Notes: generated by a model not told the origin, from the letters alone. 64,000 nt of DNA from Candidatus Poribacteria bacterium (GCA_965242965.1 OZ251518.1:2752001-2816000), one strand, 5' to 3'; positions 10,636-21,369 are shown, counted from the stretch's first letter. A program made the numbers and translations.

Positions 10636-11638
10636 AACGCTTCGGACGCGCCGGCACCTGCGTCTCTGCGGATTCATAAATCAAATCCATCAGCTCCGAT
10701 TGGATAATGCCGTTCATCGGGCTAGTGCGCGGTTCGGCTCTGCCCAAAATGGCATCGATGAAGTTGTCATCCGGGTTACCGGCGTTCATCTCGTCGGTAA
10801 TCGGCGGCGGATCCAACGCCTCGTTGCCTTTCCAGACGCGAATCCAACCGCCACCCCAGCCATCAACTTCAATGCGGCCGTTATCAAAGACTAACGCCAT
10901 GTGCGTGCCGCCGGGGCTCGGACAATTGCCGCTGACAGCCATCGCCGCCAGCACGCCGTTTTCAAACTTGACGTTAATGGACGAGTTAATGTCCACCTCC
11001 CGACCCTGGTTATCCGTAAAAGCGTAGACCTCGGCGACGTTTGATTCCACTGCCCAGCAAAGGCTATTGAGGAGGTGCGCGCCGCTATCATACGCCTGTC
11101 CACCGCCGGAGAGTTTCGGGTTCTGCCGCCACGTTCCCGTCGTACCACCCTTCCAGCCCTGCGTAATGTAACCGATGACCAGCTCCAATTTCCCAAGTTC
11201 GCCGATGCGGATAGCCTCGCGGATGTAATAGAAATTCGCCGTGCAGGGAGTATTGTAGCCGATTGTCAGCACCAACCCGGTCTGCTTCACCTTCTCGGCG
11301 AGGGTGTAGGCATCCTGTGAAGAGGTTACCATAGGTTTTTCCATCAGCACGTGGCACCCTGCTTCAAGTGCCTGCATTCCCTGCTCAAAGTGCAAGGTAT
11401 GCGGCGTGGAAATGACGACAGCGTCCGGTTTCGTCTGCGCGAGCAGCGTTGCGATGTCGTCGTAGGCACCGGGCCGCGGGCTCAAGTCAGCCAGATTTCT
11501 GTCAATGTAGCCGTTGGCGATGTCGGTATTCACATCACAGGTGCCGACGATCTGGACATCGGGGTTTGCGTTCATGCGCCGTGCATGGCCGGAGGAATTC
11601 CCTCCGCAGCCAATCATGGCAAGTCGAATTTTAGACAT
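10634..11638 (-). CDS. Gfo/Idh/MocA-family oxidoreductase
   Basis: IGCGG Rossmann motif, STPHTLH, HVLMEKP, WRQNPKLSGGG..DSGAH. Confidence 0.92.
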   Translation of the reverse strand: MSKIRLAMIGCGGNSSGHARRMNANPDVQIVGTCDVNTDIANGYIDRNLADLSPRPGAYDDIATLLAQTKPDAVVISTPHTLHFEQGMQALEAGCHVLMEKPMVTSSQDAYTLAEKVKQTGLVLTIGYNTPCTANFYYIREAIRIGELGKLELVIGYITQGWKGGTTGTWRQNPKLSGGGQAYDSGAHLLNSLCWAVESNVAEVYAFTDNQGREVDINSSINVKFENGVLAAMAVSGNCPSPGGTHMALVFDNGRIEVDGWGGGWIRVWKGNEALDPPPITDEMNAGNPDDNFIDAILGRAEPRTSPMNGIIQSELMDLIYESAETQVPARPKR

Positions 11639-11815
11639 AGTTTTCTCCTATATCGGGACCGGGAGGTCCCGTCTACTGTTGTCGAGACCGGGAGGTCTCG
11701 CCTACGGTATTGCATCGAGACCGGGAGGTCTCTCCTACTGAGAAATCAAGACCCGAGGTCTCGCCTACGGAAAAAGCATTGAGACCCGAGGTCTCGCCTA
11801 CCGGGCGTTGTGCAA

Positions 11816-12604
11816 TTACAAATCTGCGAGGGTGAGCGCGCCCTCGCCAAATACGCGGTTAAAGGAAGAGCCGTGGCGCGACACCGTCTCACCATCCATA
11901 TAGCAGACGCTGAACGCGCGCCGCGGCATCTCGGTTTGGTTTGTGCCGGAACTGTGAAGCAGCCAGTTGTGAAGCAACACCACCTCACCCGCCGCTAATT
12001 CCAGCGGTTCCGGGGTAGATTCCGCGACGATTTCGTCAATGTGTTCCTGTGACAAGAACCCAGAACCGTGCGATGGGTTAATCAGACTGCTGTGCGACTT
12101 CGGAATAATATGCACGCAGCCGTTTGCAATCGTCGCCGGATCCAACGCGGTATAGATGGTAATCTGCGGATCTCTGTCCAGGTCCGTCCATCTATCTTGG
12201 TGCCACACGAGATACGTGCCTTCGTGCGCCGGTTTATTCATAAACATTGCGCGGAAACAAGCGACAGGTGTATCGTCACCGTAAATTTTCGCGCAGACTT
12301 CGCGGAAAACCGGTTTCTGAAGATACGCCAAAAAATAGGCATCGAGTTCCAGATTCTGGATTTTCCGATACAACAGCGTCGCGCCTTTATGGCCTCTAGA
12401 CTGCGGGCCCGGCGAATTCTTCCCCGGTTCCCGGTCCAACTGCATCATGATTTTCTCATAATCCAGCGGTGCTTTGCCGAGCATGATATCGTCCATGCGC
12501 TGTTGTAAATCGGCGAGTTCGGCATTGCTAGCCACCTGTCCAATGCGAACGTAGCCGTTCTCCCAAAAGTGTTCCCACTGTGCATCCGTGATATGCCGTT
12601 TCAT
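11816..12604 (-). CDS. PhyH-family Fe/2OG dioxygenase
   Basis: WHQD, ALDPATIANGCVHIIPKSH, LLHSSGTN..RRA; ATG at 12604 after GGAGG. Confidence 0.88.
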   Translation of the reverse strand: MKRHITDAQWEHFWENGYVRIGQVASNAELADLQQRMDDIMLGKAPLDYEKIMMQLDREPGKNSPGPQSRGHKGATLLYRKIQNLELDAYFLAYLQKPVFREVCAKIYGDDTPVACFRAMFMNKPAHEGTYLVWHQDRWTDLDRDPQITIYTALDPATIANGCVHIIPKSHSSLINPSHGSGFLSQEHIDEIVAESTPEPLELAAGEVVLLHNWLLHSSGTNQTEMPRRAFSVCYMDGETVSRHGSSFNRVFGEGALTLADL

Positions 12605-12719
12605 CTGTGCCTCCGAATGAGAAAGTCTGTTCTTCAATATAACAGAGTTCCGTGAATTTTGCAAGATACATTTGTTACAAGATGAAGATTTCCGCGTTTC
12701 CAAGCGGTTGCTGTGCAGC

Positions 12720-13925
12720 AGCAAAACGCCACGGTTACCGTAGCGCGGGGGCCTGTCCCCCGCGATCTCTCAAACAAAACGAAAAACGTCAGAAACTCCA
12801 GAGGCATGGACGTTTACTGTCACGATCGATGCATGGCGAGGGACAGGCCCTCGCCCTACGGTGATAGGAGGGGTGTTTTAGGTGCCGTAGCGCGGGGGCC
12901 TGTCCCCCGCGAAGCCTCTTGTTGTCTGAAGCAGGATTTACAAGATTTACACGATTTGCAGAATTATCTCCCGCGCAACGAGCATTCTTTTTGCAATGGA
13001 CACCTCTTCAGGTCCGTAGGACCTGCATGTCTATAGAAAAAACAGATCTGCCACCGTTTTCAAGGTCCGTTAGGACCTTAATGGAAATGGCAGCCGAGCG
13101 AGTCAAGGCACATTAAGGACCTAAAGGACCTTAGGTTCATCGTGTCGCACGGTGCTATAGACATTAAGGTCTTACAGACCTTAAGTCCCGAGTGGAAACG
13201 CCACGGTTACCGTAGCGCGGGGGCCTGTCCCCCGCGAGTGTTCGATCCAAACGAAAAACGTCGCGGTTACCGTAGCGCGGGGGTCTGTCCCCCGCGATCT
13301 CTCCGCCGAAACGAAAACGTCCGCAGCCCCAGAGGCATGGACGTTTACTGTCACGATCGATGCATGGCGAGGGACAGGCCCTCGCCCTACGCTGGGAGGA
13401 GGGGTTTTTTAGGTGACGTAGCGCGGGAGCCTGTCCCCCGCGAAGCCTCTTGTTGTCTGAAGGAGGATTCACAAGATTTACACGATTTGCAGGATTATCT
13501 CCCGTGCAACGAGCATTCTTTTTGCAATGGACACCTCTTCAGGTCCGTAGGACCTGCATGTCTATAGAAAAACAAACTGCCACTGTTTTCAAGGTCCGTT
13601 AGGACCTTAATGGAAATGGCAGCCAAGCGAGTCAAGGCACATTAAGGACCTAAAGGACCTTAGGTTCATCGTATCGCGAAGGCTATAGACATTAAGGTCT
13701 TACAGACCTTAAACCCCGAGCGGAAACGCCACTGTTTTCGTAGCGCGGGGGCCTGTCCCCCGCGAACGTTCAATCCAAACGAAAAACGTCGCTGGGAACG
13801 TAGCGCGGGGGCCTGTCCCCCGCGATCTCTCCGCCGAAACGAGAAACGCCCGCAGCCAAGAGGCCACGGACGTTTGCCGTTAAGACCGGCGCATGGCGAG
13901 GGACAGGCCCTCGCCCTACGATGAA
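12720..13925. repeat. Composite repeat block with an approximately 531-bp tandem duplication
   Basis: Segments at 12801/13332 and 13011/13542 are offset by 531 bp. Each unit holds GTAG REPs, CAGGATTT 9-mers and CTATAGACAT/AGGTCC..GGACCT elements. Confidence 0.85.
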
Positions 13926-13938
13926 CGGAGACAGTTCT

Positions 13939-15540
13939 CTATTTCCGAATCACCATCTTGCGGGTTGCTTTGAATTCTCCCGCGGTCAATGTGTAGAAAT
14001 AGACCCCGCTTGCAACGGGTTCTCCCTGTGCATTGCGGCCGTTCCAATAGGCTGCGCGAGAACGGTTTTGATAGATGCCCGCGGGTAGCTGACCGAGGTC
14101 TAACCTGCGGACGAGTTTTCCGTCTGCCGAATAGATAGAGACTGTCACCTCAGCGGGCTTTGCCAACTGATACGGTATCCATGTCTCTGGATTAAACGGA
14201 TTTGGATAATTCGCAAGCAGGACAGTCTCTTTCGGCTGTGCTTCAACGTGGATTAATGCCGCTAAGAGCCGTTCCAGCGCGGCGATCCCCGCCGGATCTG
14301 CATTCGCTGCCTTTGCATCACGGAGCCACCGCTGCACATCTGCTGCCTGTAGACTCCCGGTCTTGATGTTTTCCTGTGTCAACACAGGTGCACCCGCGGC
14401 CGCATCCACCGCCTCTGCCACAGCGATGAAATCATCAACATCAACCTTCCCATCGTTATTAACATCCGCCCTCCGGTTTGCACCGGCACCGACAGTCTTC
14501 CCGTAGTTCCTTGCTACCTCCACCAGATCGTTCACGTTGACTTTACCATTCCCTGTCACATCTACCGTGAGCAACCGCCACAAACTGATTTGCCTTCCAT
14601 CAGGCCCTCTACCGGCGAGAATCTGCCCATTCGACGAAAACGCTATTGACTTACTGATGCTGCCGCCTCTGTATCCCGTGAGCGTGGCTTTGAGGGCACC
14701 GGTGTTTGGATGCCATAGGCGGATGGTGCTGTCACTACTCGCACTCGCCAGCGTCTGCCCGTTCGGATGGAACGCTAACGTATAAACATCACCGGTATGT
14801 TTCCGCAGCACGCGCCGGGTGCCGTGCGTATCTGGATCCCAGAGGCGGATGGTGTGGTCGTTACTCCCGCTCGCGAGGATGCGGCCATCCGGATGCCACG
14901 CCACGCAGTAGACATTCGCCGTATGCCCCCGCAGCACGGCAAAGTTGATACCGTTGTTTGGATTCCACAACCGCACCGTGCCATCCAAACTCGCACTCGC
15001 CAGCGTCCTACCATCCGGACTCCACGCAACCGAGACGACACCGTTCGTATGCCCCCGCAGTGTGCGCAGATGCCGCGGGTTGGTTTTACTCACATCCCAG
15101 ATGCGGACGGTATTGTCCCAACTCCCACTCGCCAGCCGATAACTGTTCGGCTGGAAGGCGAGGCTAGTGACTCTGTTTGTATGTCCCGCCACGTCGCCGC
15201 GCCAGTCGCCATCGTCGCTATAGCGCATCCGAATGTCATGATTACCATGCCCACCATAGGCGATGAAGTCGGGGTCATGCGAGGGGAGCGCAACTGCGAA
15301 GACAGAATTCCCGACATCTTTTTTCCAGCGTTGTCTGCCTGTGGTGACATCCCAGGCGCGGAGGGTGTCGTCGCCAGCCCCACTGATGAGCGTCCCGTTA
15401 TCCTTGAAGGCTATCGCATAGACATTGTTCGTGTGTCCAGTCAAGGTATCGGTGTGGACGTATTGTTGTGCGGTGGCGGTCGTCACTGCCATCGCGGCTA
15501 TTAACACTAGCGTTAAAGTTAAAACCATTAATTTTTTCAT
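13939..15540 (-). CDS. Secreted WD40-repeat protein with dockerin-like and FlgD/T9SS-like C-terminal domains
   Basis: ATG 15540 after AAGGAG; signal peptide; GHT..WD repeats; DVTGNGKVNVNDL and DVNNDGKVDVDD; LLANYPNPFNPETWIPY...ASGVYFYTL..ATRKMVIRK. Confidence 0.9.
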   Translation of the reverse strand: MKKLMVLTLTLVLIAAMAVTTATAQQYVHTDTLTGHTNNVYAIAFKDNGTLISGAGDDTLRAWDVTTGRQRWKKDVGNSVFAVALPSHDPDFIAYGGHGNHDIRMRYSDDGDWRGDVAGHTNRVTSLAFQPNSYRLASGSWDNTVRIWDVSKTNPRHLRTLRGHTNGVVSVAWSPDGRTLASASLDGTVRLWNPNNGINFAVLRGHTANVYCVAWHPDGRILASGSNDHTIRLWDPDTHGTRRVLRKHTGDVYTLAFHPNGQTLASASSDSTIRLWHPNTGALKATLTGYRGGSISKSIAFSSNGQILAGRGPDGRQISLWRLLTVDVTGNGKVNVNDLVEVARNYGKTVGAGANRRADVNNDGKVDVDDFIAVAEAVDAAAGAPVLTQENIKTGSLQAADVQRWLRDAKAANADPAGIAALERLLAALIHVEAQPKETVLLANYPNPFNPETWIPYQLAKPAEVTVSIYSADGKLVRRLDLGQLPAGIYQNRSRAAYWNGRNAQGEPVASGVYFYTLTAGEFKATRKMVIRK

Positions 15541-15931
15541 GATAGATTTCTCCTTGTTATGCAAGTTCGCGGGGGACAAGTTCCCCCGCGCGATGTAAAT
15601 TGTGGGCAGGCTCGTGTGCCTGCCCGGGTGTTCCGTTGTCTGAATCAGGATTTTCAAGATTATAGGATTTCCAAGATGAGGGATTGCTTGTCATCGTAAA
15701 TCCTCTGTCGCGTTAGGAACGATTTCCCTGATTGCGATTTCTACGAGAGGCCGCCTTGGCTAAGCGATGCTCTCCTAATCTTGTAAATCCTATAATCTTG
15801 TGAATCCTGATTCAGACAGTTAATTGCATCGTCACCAGACAACGTGTCTGGGGTTACGGCGGGAGGTTGCGGGTGCCTTTCGGCGATGCAGTGCCTCCCG
15901 TAAACGTGGAAACGTTCCAAAGTTCACGCGC

Positions 15932-17452
15932 TCAGTCTTCATCGCGGCCCGTTAGCAGGTTCCTGATGGATTCCAACAATGGAGCATCAATGTCCACACC
16001 GTAACTTGTTAGCAGGAGCCTGATGTATTGCAGCAATAAAGCCTCAATGTCCTCAATGTCCACATCGCGGCCTTCCGTTAACGTCCTGAGGATTCGTAAC
16101 AAAACCTTAATGTCCTCGTTGAGGTTTATGGATTCCGGCAATGAAGCCTCGTCCCCATCGTAGATTGCTAGCAGGTTGCTGATGGTTTTCGGCAATGAAG
16201 CCTTAATATCTTCATCGCGGCCTTCCGCTAACGTCCTGATGCCTCCTAACAAAACCTCAATGTCCTCGTCAAGGTTTTTCGTTAGCAGGTTGCTGATGGA
16301 TTCCGGCAATGAAACCTCAATGATTCTCTCAAAGGCTTCAATGCTCCCATAGCGTTCGTAAGTGAATCCACCAACGAGATTTGCCCCCTTTACCCTGGCA
16401 ACAATCAAGTCAACTATGGCTTCCGTCCATTCGTGTTTGTGGATTCGCGCCATGCCGCGGTGGTAATAAATCTCGGCTTCGTTTGAATTCGGCAGCCTGA
16501 GTGCCACATCGCAGTCCGCAATCGCTTCGGTATACATGCCGATTTTGCAGTAGGCACGACTACGATTATTATAGGGCGGCGGATAATCGGGTTTCTGCTC
16601 TATCGCCCGGGTATAACACTTAATAGCTTCCCGTTTTGCCTGAAGAAGCGTTCCTTCGTCGGGATAAAGTTCTCCTTCCCCTTCCCCCGCTCTGCTTTCC
16701 CAAACAAGCCCCTCACCATATGCACGGTAGGCATCCTGATGGATTCGCCGGTTTGTAATAAATCCGTGAATATCGTTGTAGATAGTTTGAGCCTCTATAC
16801 CGTGGAAGTTTCGCAGGTACGCAAGCATGGTCCCTTTGAGGGCTGCGGGAACACAGACGATGCATACATTTTCATTCTCCGGGCCAATAAAGCCCTCAAG
16901 CGGCCGAATGAAAACGCTCTTCTGGGCTTGAACACGATGGCGGGGCTCTTCTGGCATCCAAACCATCTTGTTCACCTCCTTGGTTCTTTTCAGCAAGATA
17001 ACTCTGCCTGGTTCGTTGGGAGAACCGTCACAGGCAAAGAAGAGTGCGATGCGGTAATCAACGGTAAAATCTATCAGGTTCGTATCGCCGCCGTAGTGCT
17101 TGAGTTGGGCTAGGATTGAAAAATCCTTATCCCTATCTGTTGTCATCGATACTTCAAAACGCTTAAGCGGACTAAGTTGACGCGTAGACTTATCGATAAT
17201 CCCGAGGTGCGGCTTCGCATCGTGCAGTAATTCCAGTTGGATATACTCTATTTGAAATTGTTTCAGCGAAAGTTGCTGCGCAATCTCAGCGTATTTGCGG
17301 TAGAGACTTGAAGATACGCGCCCACAGTATGGGGCTTCCAAATGGCGTTTGGGTTCGCCGCGGTAGAGGTACGCGCCACCAAGTGAGTTCTCCTCTATTT
17401 CGCGGATGATGCCTTGGACTGCGTCCAGATCGGATCGGTTCAGCGTGTTCAT
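15932..17452 (-). CDS. FRG-domain protein with TPR repeats and a repetitive C-terminal tail
   Basis: YLYRGE, LAQLKHYGGDTNLIDFT..IALFFAC, RVQAQKSVF (FRG); TPR AIKCYTRAIEQKPDY..YNNR; RBS AGGAG. Confidence 0.85.
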   Translation of the reverse strand: MNTLNRSDLDAVQGIIREIEENSLGGAYLYRGEPKRHLEAPYCGRVSSSLYRKYAEIAQQLSLKQFQIEYIQLELLHDAKPHLGIIDKSTRQLSPLKRFEVSMTTDRDKDFSILAQLKHYGGDTNLIDFTVDYRIALFFACDGSPNEPGRVILLKRTKEVNKMVWMPEEPRHRVQAQKSVFIRPLEGFIGPENENVCIVCVPAALKGTMLAYLRNFHGIEAQTIYNDIHGFITNRRIHQDAYRAYGEGLVWESRAGEGEGELYPDEGTLLQAKREAIKCYTRAIEQKPDYPPPYNNRSRAYCKIGMYTEAIADCDVALRLPNSNEAEIYYHRGMARIHKHEWTEAIVDLIVARVKGANLVGGFTYERYGSIEAFERIIEVSLPESISNLLTKNLDEDIEVLLGGIRTLAEGRDEDIKASLPKTISNLLAIYDGDEASLPESINLNEDIKVLLRILRTLTEGRDVDIEDIEALLLQYIRLLLTSYGVDIDAPLLESIRNLLTGRDED

Positions 17453-17881
17453 TCGCTTCTCCTTCTCCTAAAATACAAGTTGGTTTGGCTGTAATGCCTG
17501 AGTGAAAAAAACACCTGTCCACATCGCGTCGCTGCCGCCTTGTCCACTGATACCTTTCCATTCGTGGGCCCTATCAGCGTCTTTTCCCGCGGGCGCGCGT
17601 CCGCCGCGCGCAGATGCGCCGCCCCAACACCAGCGACGCGCAGAAATATCCGACTGAAACGAGGGAGGACAAACGTGAGAAGCAACGATGGAACCGGGAG
17701 CAACAGAAAATGTGGCAGGGAAATGCATCGGGCCAATCCCGATGCAACGAAAATAACCCGCCACGCAAAGAATGCGTGCGGGGTCGATGACAAAATGACG
17801 ACGAAAGTCGCCGCTGTCAAGTGAATAAACTTTGCTTAACGCCTGTGGGTGTCGGGGGGGGTCGAGCCTCCCCTCCGGGCA

Positions 17882-18013
17882 TTAAGCCGAACGGGAACGC
17901 GGCGTGACGGCGCGACAAACGGGCATAGACGCACGGCAAGCGCGCATCTCGCGGCGCCCAAGCAGGTCTACGGCGACCTCGTTAGCAATGGCATAATCAA
18001 TTCGCTGGTTCAC
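17882..18013 (-). CDS. Putative 43-aa small peptide (MNQRIDYAIANEVAVDLLGRREMRACRASMPVCRAVTPRSRSA)
   Basis: GTG start preceded by AGAGGA, directly downstream of three promoters and a 5' hairpin. No homology recognised. Confidence 0.4.
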   Translation of the reverse strand: MNQRIDYAIANEVAVDLLGRREMRACRASMPVCRAVTPRSRSA

Positions 18014-18087
18014 GGTATCGTTCCTCTGTTCGGTTTTGGTCTCGCGGTGACGCGTTTTTTTTCGCGCACATCACCACGTTTGCATTA

Positions 18088-18292
18088 ATGATAAACGAAC
18101 ATGCAATAAATGTCAAACATTTTTTTGCGAAAAATCGTGGAAATGTTCACAATTAACCATATTCTACATGAATTTCGGTTTTTTGTCAACGTTTTTCTGC
18201 GAAAAATCGTGAAAACAGTTAAATTCACGCGAAAAATCGTGAAAAATGTTTAAAACTGAGTTTATTTTAGCAAATGTCGCATTTTTTGTCAA
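18088..18292 (-). promoter_or_regulatory. Three tandem sigma70-type promoters
   Basis: TTGACA-17-TAAAAT (18292-18264), TTGACA-17-TAGAAT (18189-18161), TTGACA-17-TATCAT (18116-18088). Confidence 0.75.
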
Positions 18293-18319
18293 GGGTATTT
18301 CGCGAAAAAAACGCTGCTG

Positions 18320-19350
18320 CTACCGTAGCGCGGGGGCCTGTCCCCCGCGAACGTTCGATCCAAACGAAAAACGTCGCTTGGAACGTAGCGCGGGGGCCTG
18401 TCCCCCGCGATCTACCGACCTAAACGAAAACCGTCCGCAGCCCAAGGGCCCCGGACGGTTTCTGTTAAGACCGAGGCACGGCGAGGGACAGGCCCTCGCC
18501 CTACGATTCGGGGGGACGGTTCGGACAACTAGGAAAGAAAAAGCATATTAAGGTCCTACAGACCTTAGCGTGCCGTGCGTTGCAGCTGCTATAGACATTA
18601 AGGTCTTACAGACCTAAAGAGACTTTCGGCGCAATAAAAACCCCTAATCTTGAAAATCTTGGAAATCTTGGAAATCCTGCTCCAGACCGAGGCATGGCGA
18701 GGGACAGGCCCTCGCCCTACGGTGATAGGGGCAATCAAGCATGGCGAGGGACAGGCCCTCGCCCTACGGTTCAGCGGCGTGGTTCGGATAGCCACGAGAT
18801 AAAACGCACATTAAGGTCCTACAGACCTTAGCGTGCCGTGCGTTGCAGGATGCTATAGACATTAAGGTCTTACAGACCTAAAGAGACGTTTTATCGCGAT
18901 AAAACCCCCGAATCTTGCAAATCCGGAGCAGGATTCTCACGGTCACACCTGTCAAGACAATCAGGTTTTCCTGATTGTCCCTCTTCAGGTTTCCCTGATC
19001 GTCCCTCTTCAGGTTTCCCTGATCGTCCCTCTTATCACGATTCTCACGATTATAGGTTCTGATGCACCAACACCCCGTGGCCTGCCACAACCGCGCCGGC
19101 GTACCAGATCCCTAATCCTGTGAAATCCTGTGAAATCTTGGAAATCTTGCAAATCCTGCTCAATCTTGCTCATCTTGAAAATCTTGGAAAATCAGAGCAG
19201 GATTATCACGGTCACGCCTGTCAAGACGATCAGGTTTTCCTGATTGTCCCTCTTGACAAGATTTCCAAGATGAAGACGCTAATCCTGCTAATCTTGAAAA
19301 TCTTGTAAATCCTGCTCATCTCTTGAAAATCTTGTAAATCCTGCTCATAT
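18320..19350. repeat. Composite repeat region: REPs, duplicated CTATAGACAT elements, 24-bp x3 tandem repeat, AATCTTG/AATCCTG 9-mer arrays
   Basis: Duplicated block at about 18545 and 18810; CAGGTTTCCCTGATCGTCCCTCTT-like units at 18962, 18986 and 19010; runs of AAATCTTG/AAATCCTG at 19115-19347. Confidence 0.85.
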
Positions 19351-19407
19351 TCGGCGAAGCGGAGTTCTATCTATATCCGCCTGTGTTTTCAAAAGAACAT
19401 TTTTCAC

Positions 19408-19436
19408 TTGACAAAAAACGGAAAATAGGCGACAAT
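19408..19436 (+). promoter_or_regulatory. Probable sigma70 promoter of the Omp85-like operon
   Basis: TTGACA-17-GACAAT about 60 bp upstream of the 19499 start. Confidence 0.5.
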
Positions 19437-19498
19437 TTTCTTACTCGGACTGAATCGTCCTATAACAACAAAACCTTTGTTGATTACGGAGCTCTGCA

Positions 19499-21328
19499 AT
19501 GAAAAATGTTTCCCTTATCCTCTGGCTCCTGCTGTGCATCGGGCAGGGAGTCGTCAGTGCCGAGACAGGCACGGTGGCGTTTGATTACCCGGACGCGCCG
19601 GAGCCGCTCTTCCAACTCAACTTCAATCGGGAACTCATCGCGCTCGTCACAACTGATGAACGCTTCAGAGCAGTGGAGAACCTGTCTCTCCACACCTACG
19701 CTGCCGAGGATGACGTTTTCGATGCATTCGTCCGTTATTACGGGGAAACGTTGAAGGCGAATGGGTGGCACACCTTCGCGGAAGCAGAGGACATGCACAT
19801 CTACGTTCTGGCAGCATCGGATTTACCGGGCATCTTCGCCATTGTGAAAAACGGCGCAGAGGTATCGCTACTCAACATCGTCGGCGCACTGGCAGAAAAC
19901 CGTATGGCGGCAGTGCTGCGTAACCTCCATCTGCTCGGCATTGAGATACCCGCGCTGAAATCGCTTAAAGGACAAGAAGCCGCAAACGAGGAGGTTCCGA
20001 CAGCATCGCGCGACTCAGTGAGTATTTCAACGGCAGCCAACCCAACTCAACCTGCATCGCCATCGAAAACCTTCACTTACAAACCGGATGGTGGCATAGG
20101 CGGACCCGGTATCAGGTTCAACCGTGTCACCGGTTGGGAACTCAGTGCCATGTTCAATTACAGGATACCGGGTATCCCAATTTCAGACGATAAGCAAAAA
20201 CCGAGAATTGATGGCATAGCGGGTTATGGGTTTGGGAATAGGCTACTCAGCTATGACATTACCCTAGACATGCCGCTGATGTCATATTCACGAAAACAGG
20301 TGAGTGCTTCGGGTGGAACGATAACCCGGCATAGGATATTCGGACTCGGATTAAGGGCGAAAATGTTTCGCAAAATGGATGTCATTACCCCAAACATTGC
20401 TATCGCCCAACGCGCGGACGCTAGCAATCCCTTCGGGCTCTTGTATAGCCTCTTCGGTGGGGCAGACCTGCACGACTACTACCTACGAAACGGGTTTGAG
20501 ATAGGGCTCCGCTGGGAAGGCGGACGACAACAAGTTCCGATGCATGCCGCCACGCTGACGTTTTTCGCCGAGACGCACGAAAGCCTCCCAAAAAGCACCG
20601 ATTGGCATTTCCTCAATTGGCAGTCAGCGCGGAAAGCGCGGGAAAATCCGGAGATAACGGATGGGCGGATGCGGAGCATCGTCTTGCAATACGATTTCAA
20701 CACGCGGGCGTTGAAAGAGGATGAACTCGCGCGCAGCACAAACCATCACCTTGAAGACAGGCAAAATACGCAGGCTTTGCAAGATGCGATTGCGCACAGC
20801 AAACTGCATCACCTCGGGTGGCACAACACGTTCCTCGTTGAGTCTAGTCAGCCCGCGCTCGGCTCAGATTTTGATTTTACGCGGTATCAGCTGCACCTAC
20901 GGTATGCACATCCGTTAGGCAGCCACCACATCCGGGCGCGGGCGATAGGCAGTTTTGCTACAGCCGCCTTGCCAATTCAACGCCAATTCGCTATCGGCGG
21001 ACCTGGGACGCTGAACGGTTATCCCCTCTATGAGTTTGCCGGCGACCGGGGTATCCTCGCCAACGTTGAATTTTTCTATCGGGTGCCTAATATATCTGCC
21101 CCTGCATTTCAATTTGAGTCTGATTTCCCGACTTTTGTCGTGCCGTTTCTTGATAGCGGACAGGTATGGAATGCACACGGTGAAAATGATGCCTCTGAAC
21201 TGAAAAGCAGTGCCGGCATCGGCCTGCAAATCGGGGAAGACAATTTTATTTTACGCGGCAACGTTGCGAAAGCGTTTGAAGCAAAACAAGGGATGCAATT
21301 CAATCTAATCTGGTTTTACAGTTTTTAG
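19499..21328 (+). CDS. Omp85/BamA/TamA-like outer-membrane barrel with DUF4252-like N-terminal domain (paralog 1)
   Basis: Signal peptide; FNRVTGW, SDFDFTRY, FAIGGPGTLNGY (VRGY-like loop), PFLDSGQVW, SAGIGL; terminal Phe. Confidence 0.7.
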   Translation: MKNVSLILWLLLCIGQGVVSAETGTVAFDYPDAPEPLFQLNFNRELIALVTTDERFRAVENLSLHTYAAEDDVFDAFVRYYGETLKANGWHTFAEAEDMHIYVLAASDLPGIFAIVKNGAEVSLLNIVGALAENRMAAVLRNLHLLGIEIPALKSLKGQEAANEEVPTASRDSVSISTAANPTQPASPSKTFTYKPDGGIGGPGIRFNRVTGWELSAMFNYRIPGIPISDDKQKPRIDGIAGYGFGNRLLSYDITLDMPLMSYSRKQVSASGGTITRHRIFGLGLRAKMFRKMDVITPNIAIAQRADASNPFGLLYSLFGGADLHDYYLRNGFEIGLRWEGGRQQVPMHAATLTFFAETHESLPKSTDWHFLNWQSARKARENPEITDGRMRSIVLQYDFNTRALKEDELARSTNHHLEDRQNTQALQDAIAHSKLHHLGWHNTFLVESSQPALGSDFDFTRYQLHLRYAHPLGSHHIRARAIGSFATAALPIQRQFAIGGPGTLNGYPLYEFAGDRGILANVEFFYRVPNISAPAFQFESDFPTFVVPFLDSGQVWNAHGENDASELKSSAGIGLQIGEDNFILRGNVAKAFEAKQGMQFNLIWFYSF

Positions 21329-21369
21329 GAAAAAAAGTTATCCAAAAAACGTAGTCATCGCCAACGGCG

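Noticed and set aside
10169-10894. ORFs containing RSAGACPPR, GEGQALALR, ARDRPSPY or VARGPVPR (also 2818, 12713, 13142, 38021, 44520, 48452 and others)
   Set aside because: These are translations of REP hairpins, not a protein family. The N-terminal extensions of the 5408 and 60477 ORFs have the same origin.
17846-17884. tRNA 3'-end-like sequence (GGGGG-GTCGAGC-CTCCC-CTCCGGGCA) as a tRNA or att site
   Set aside because: No TTC T-loop, no CCA, no D or anticodon arm and no integrase nearby; kept only as a hairpin.
18962-19033. 24-bp x3 repeat as a mini-CRISPR
   Set aside because: Units abut with no spacers, so this is a simple tandem repeat.
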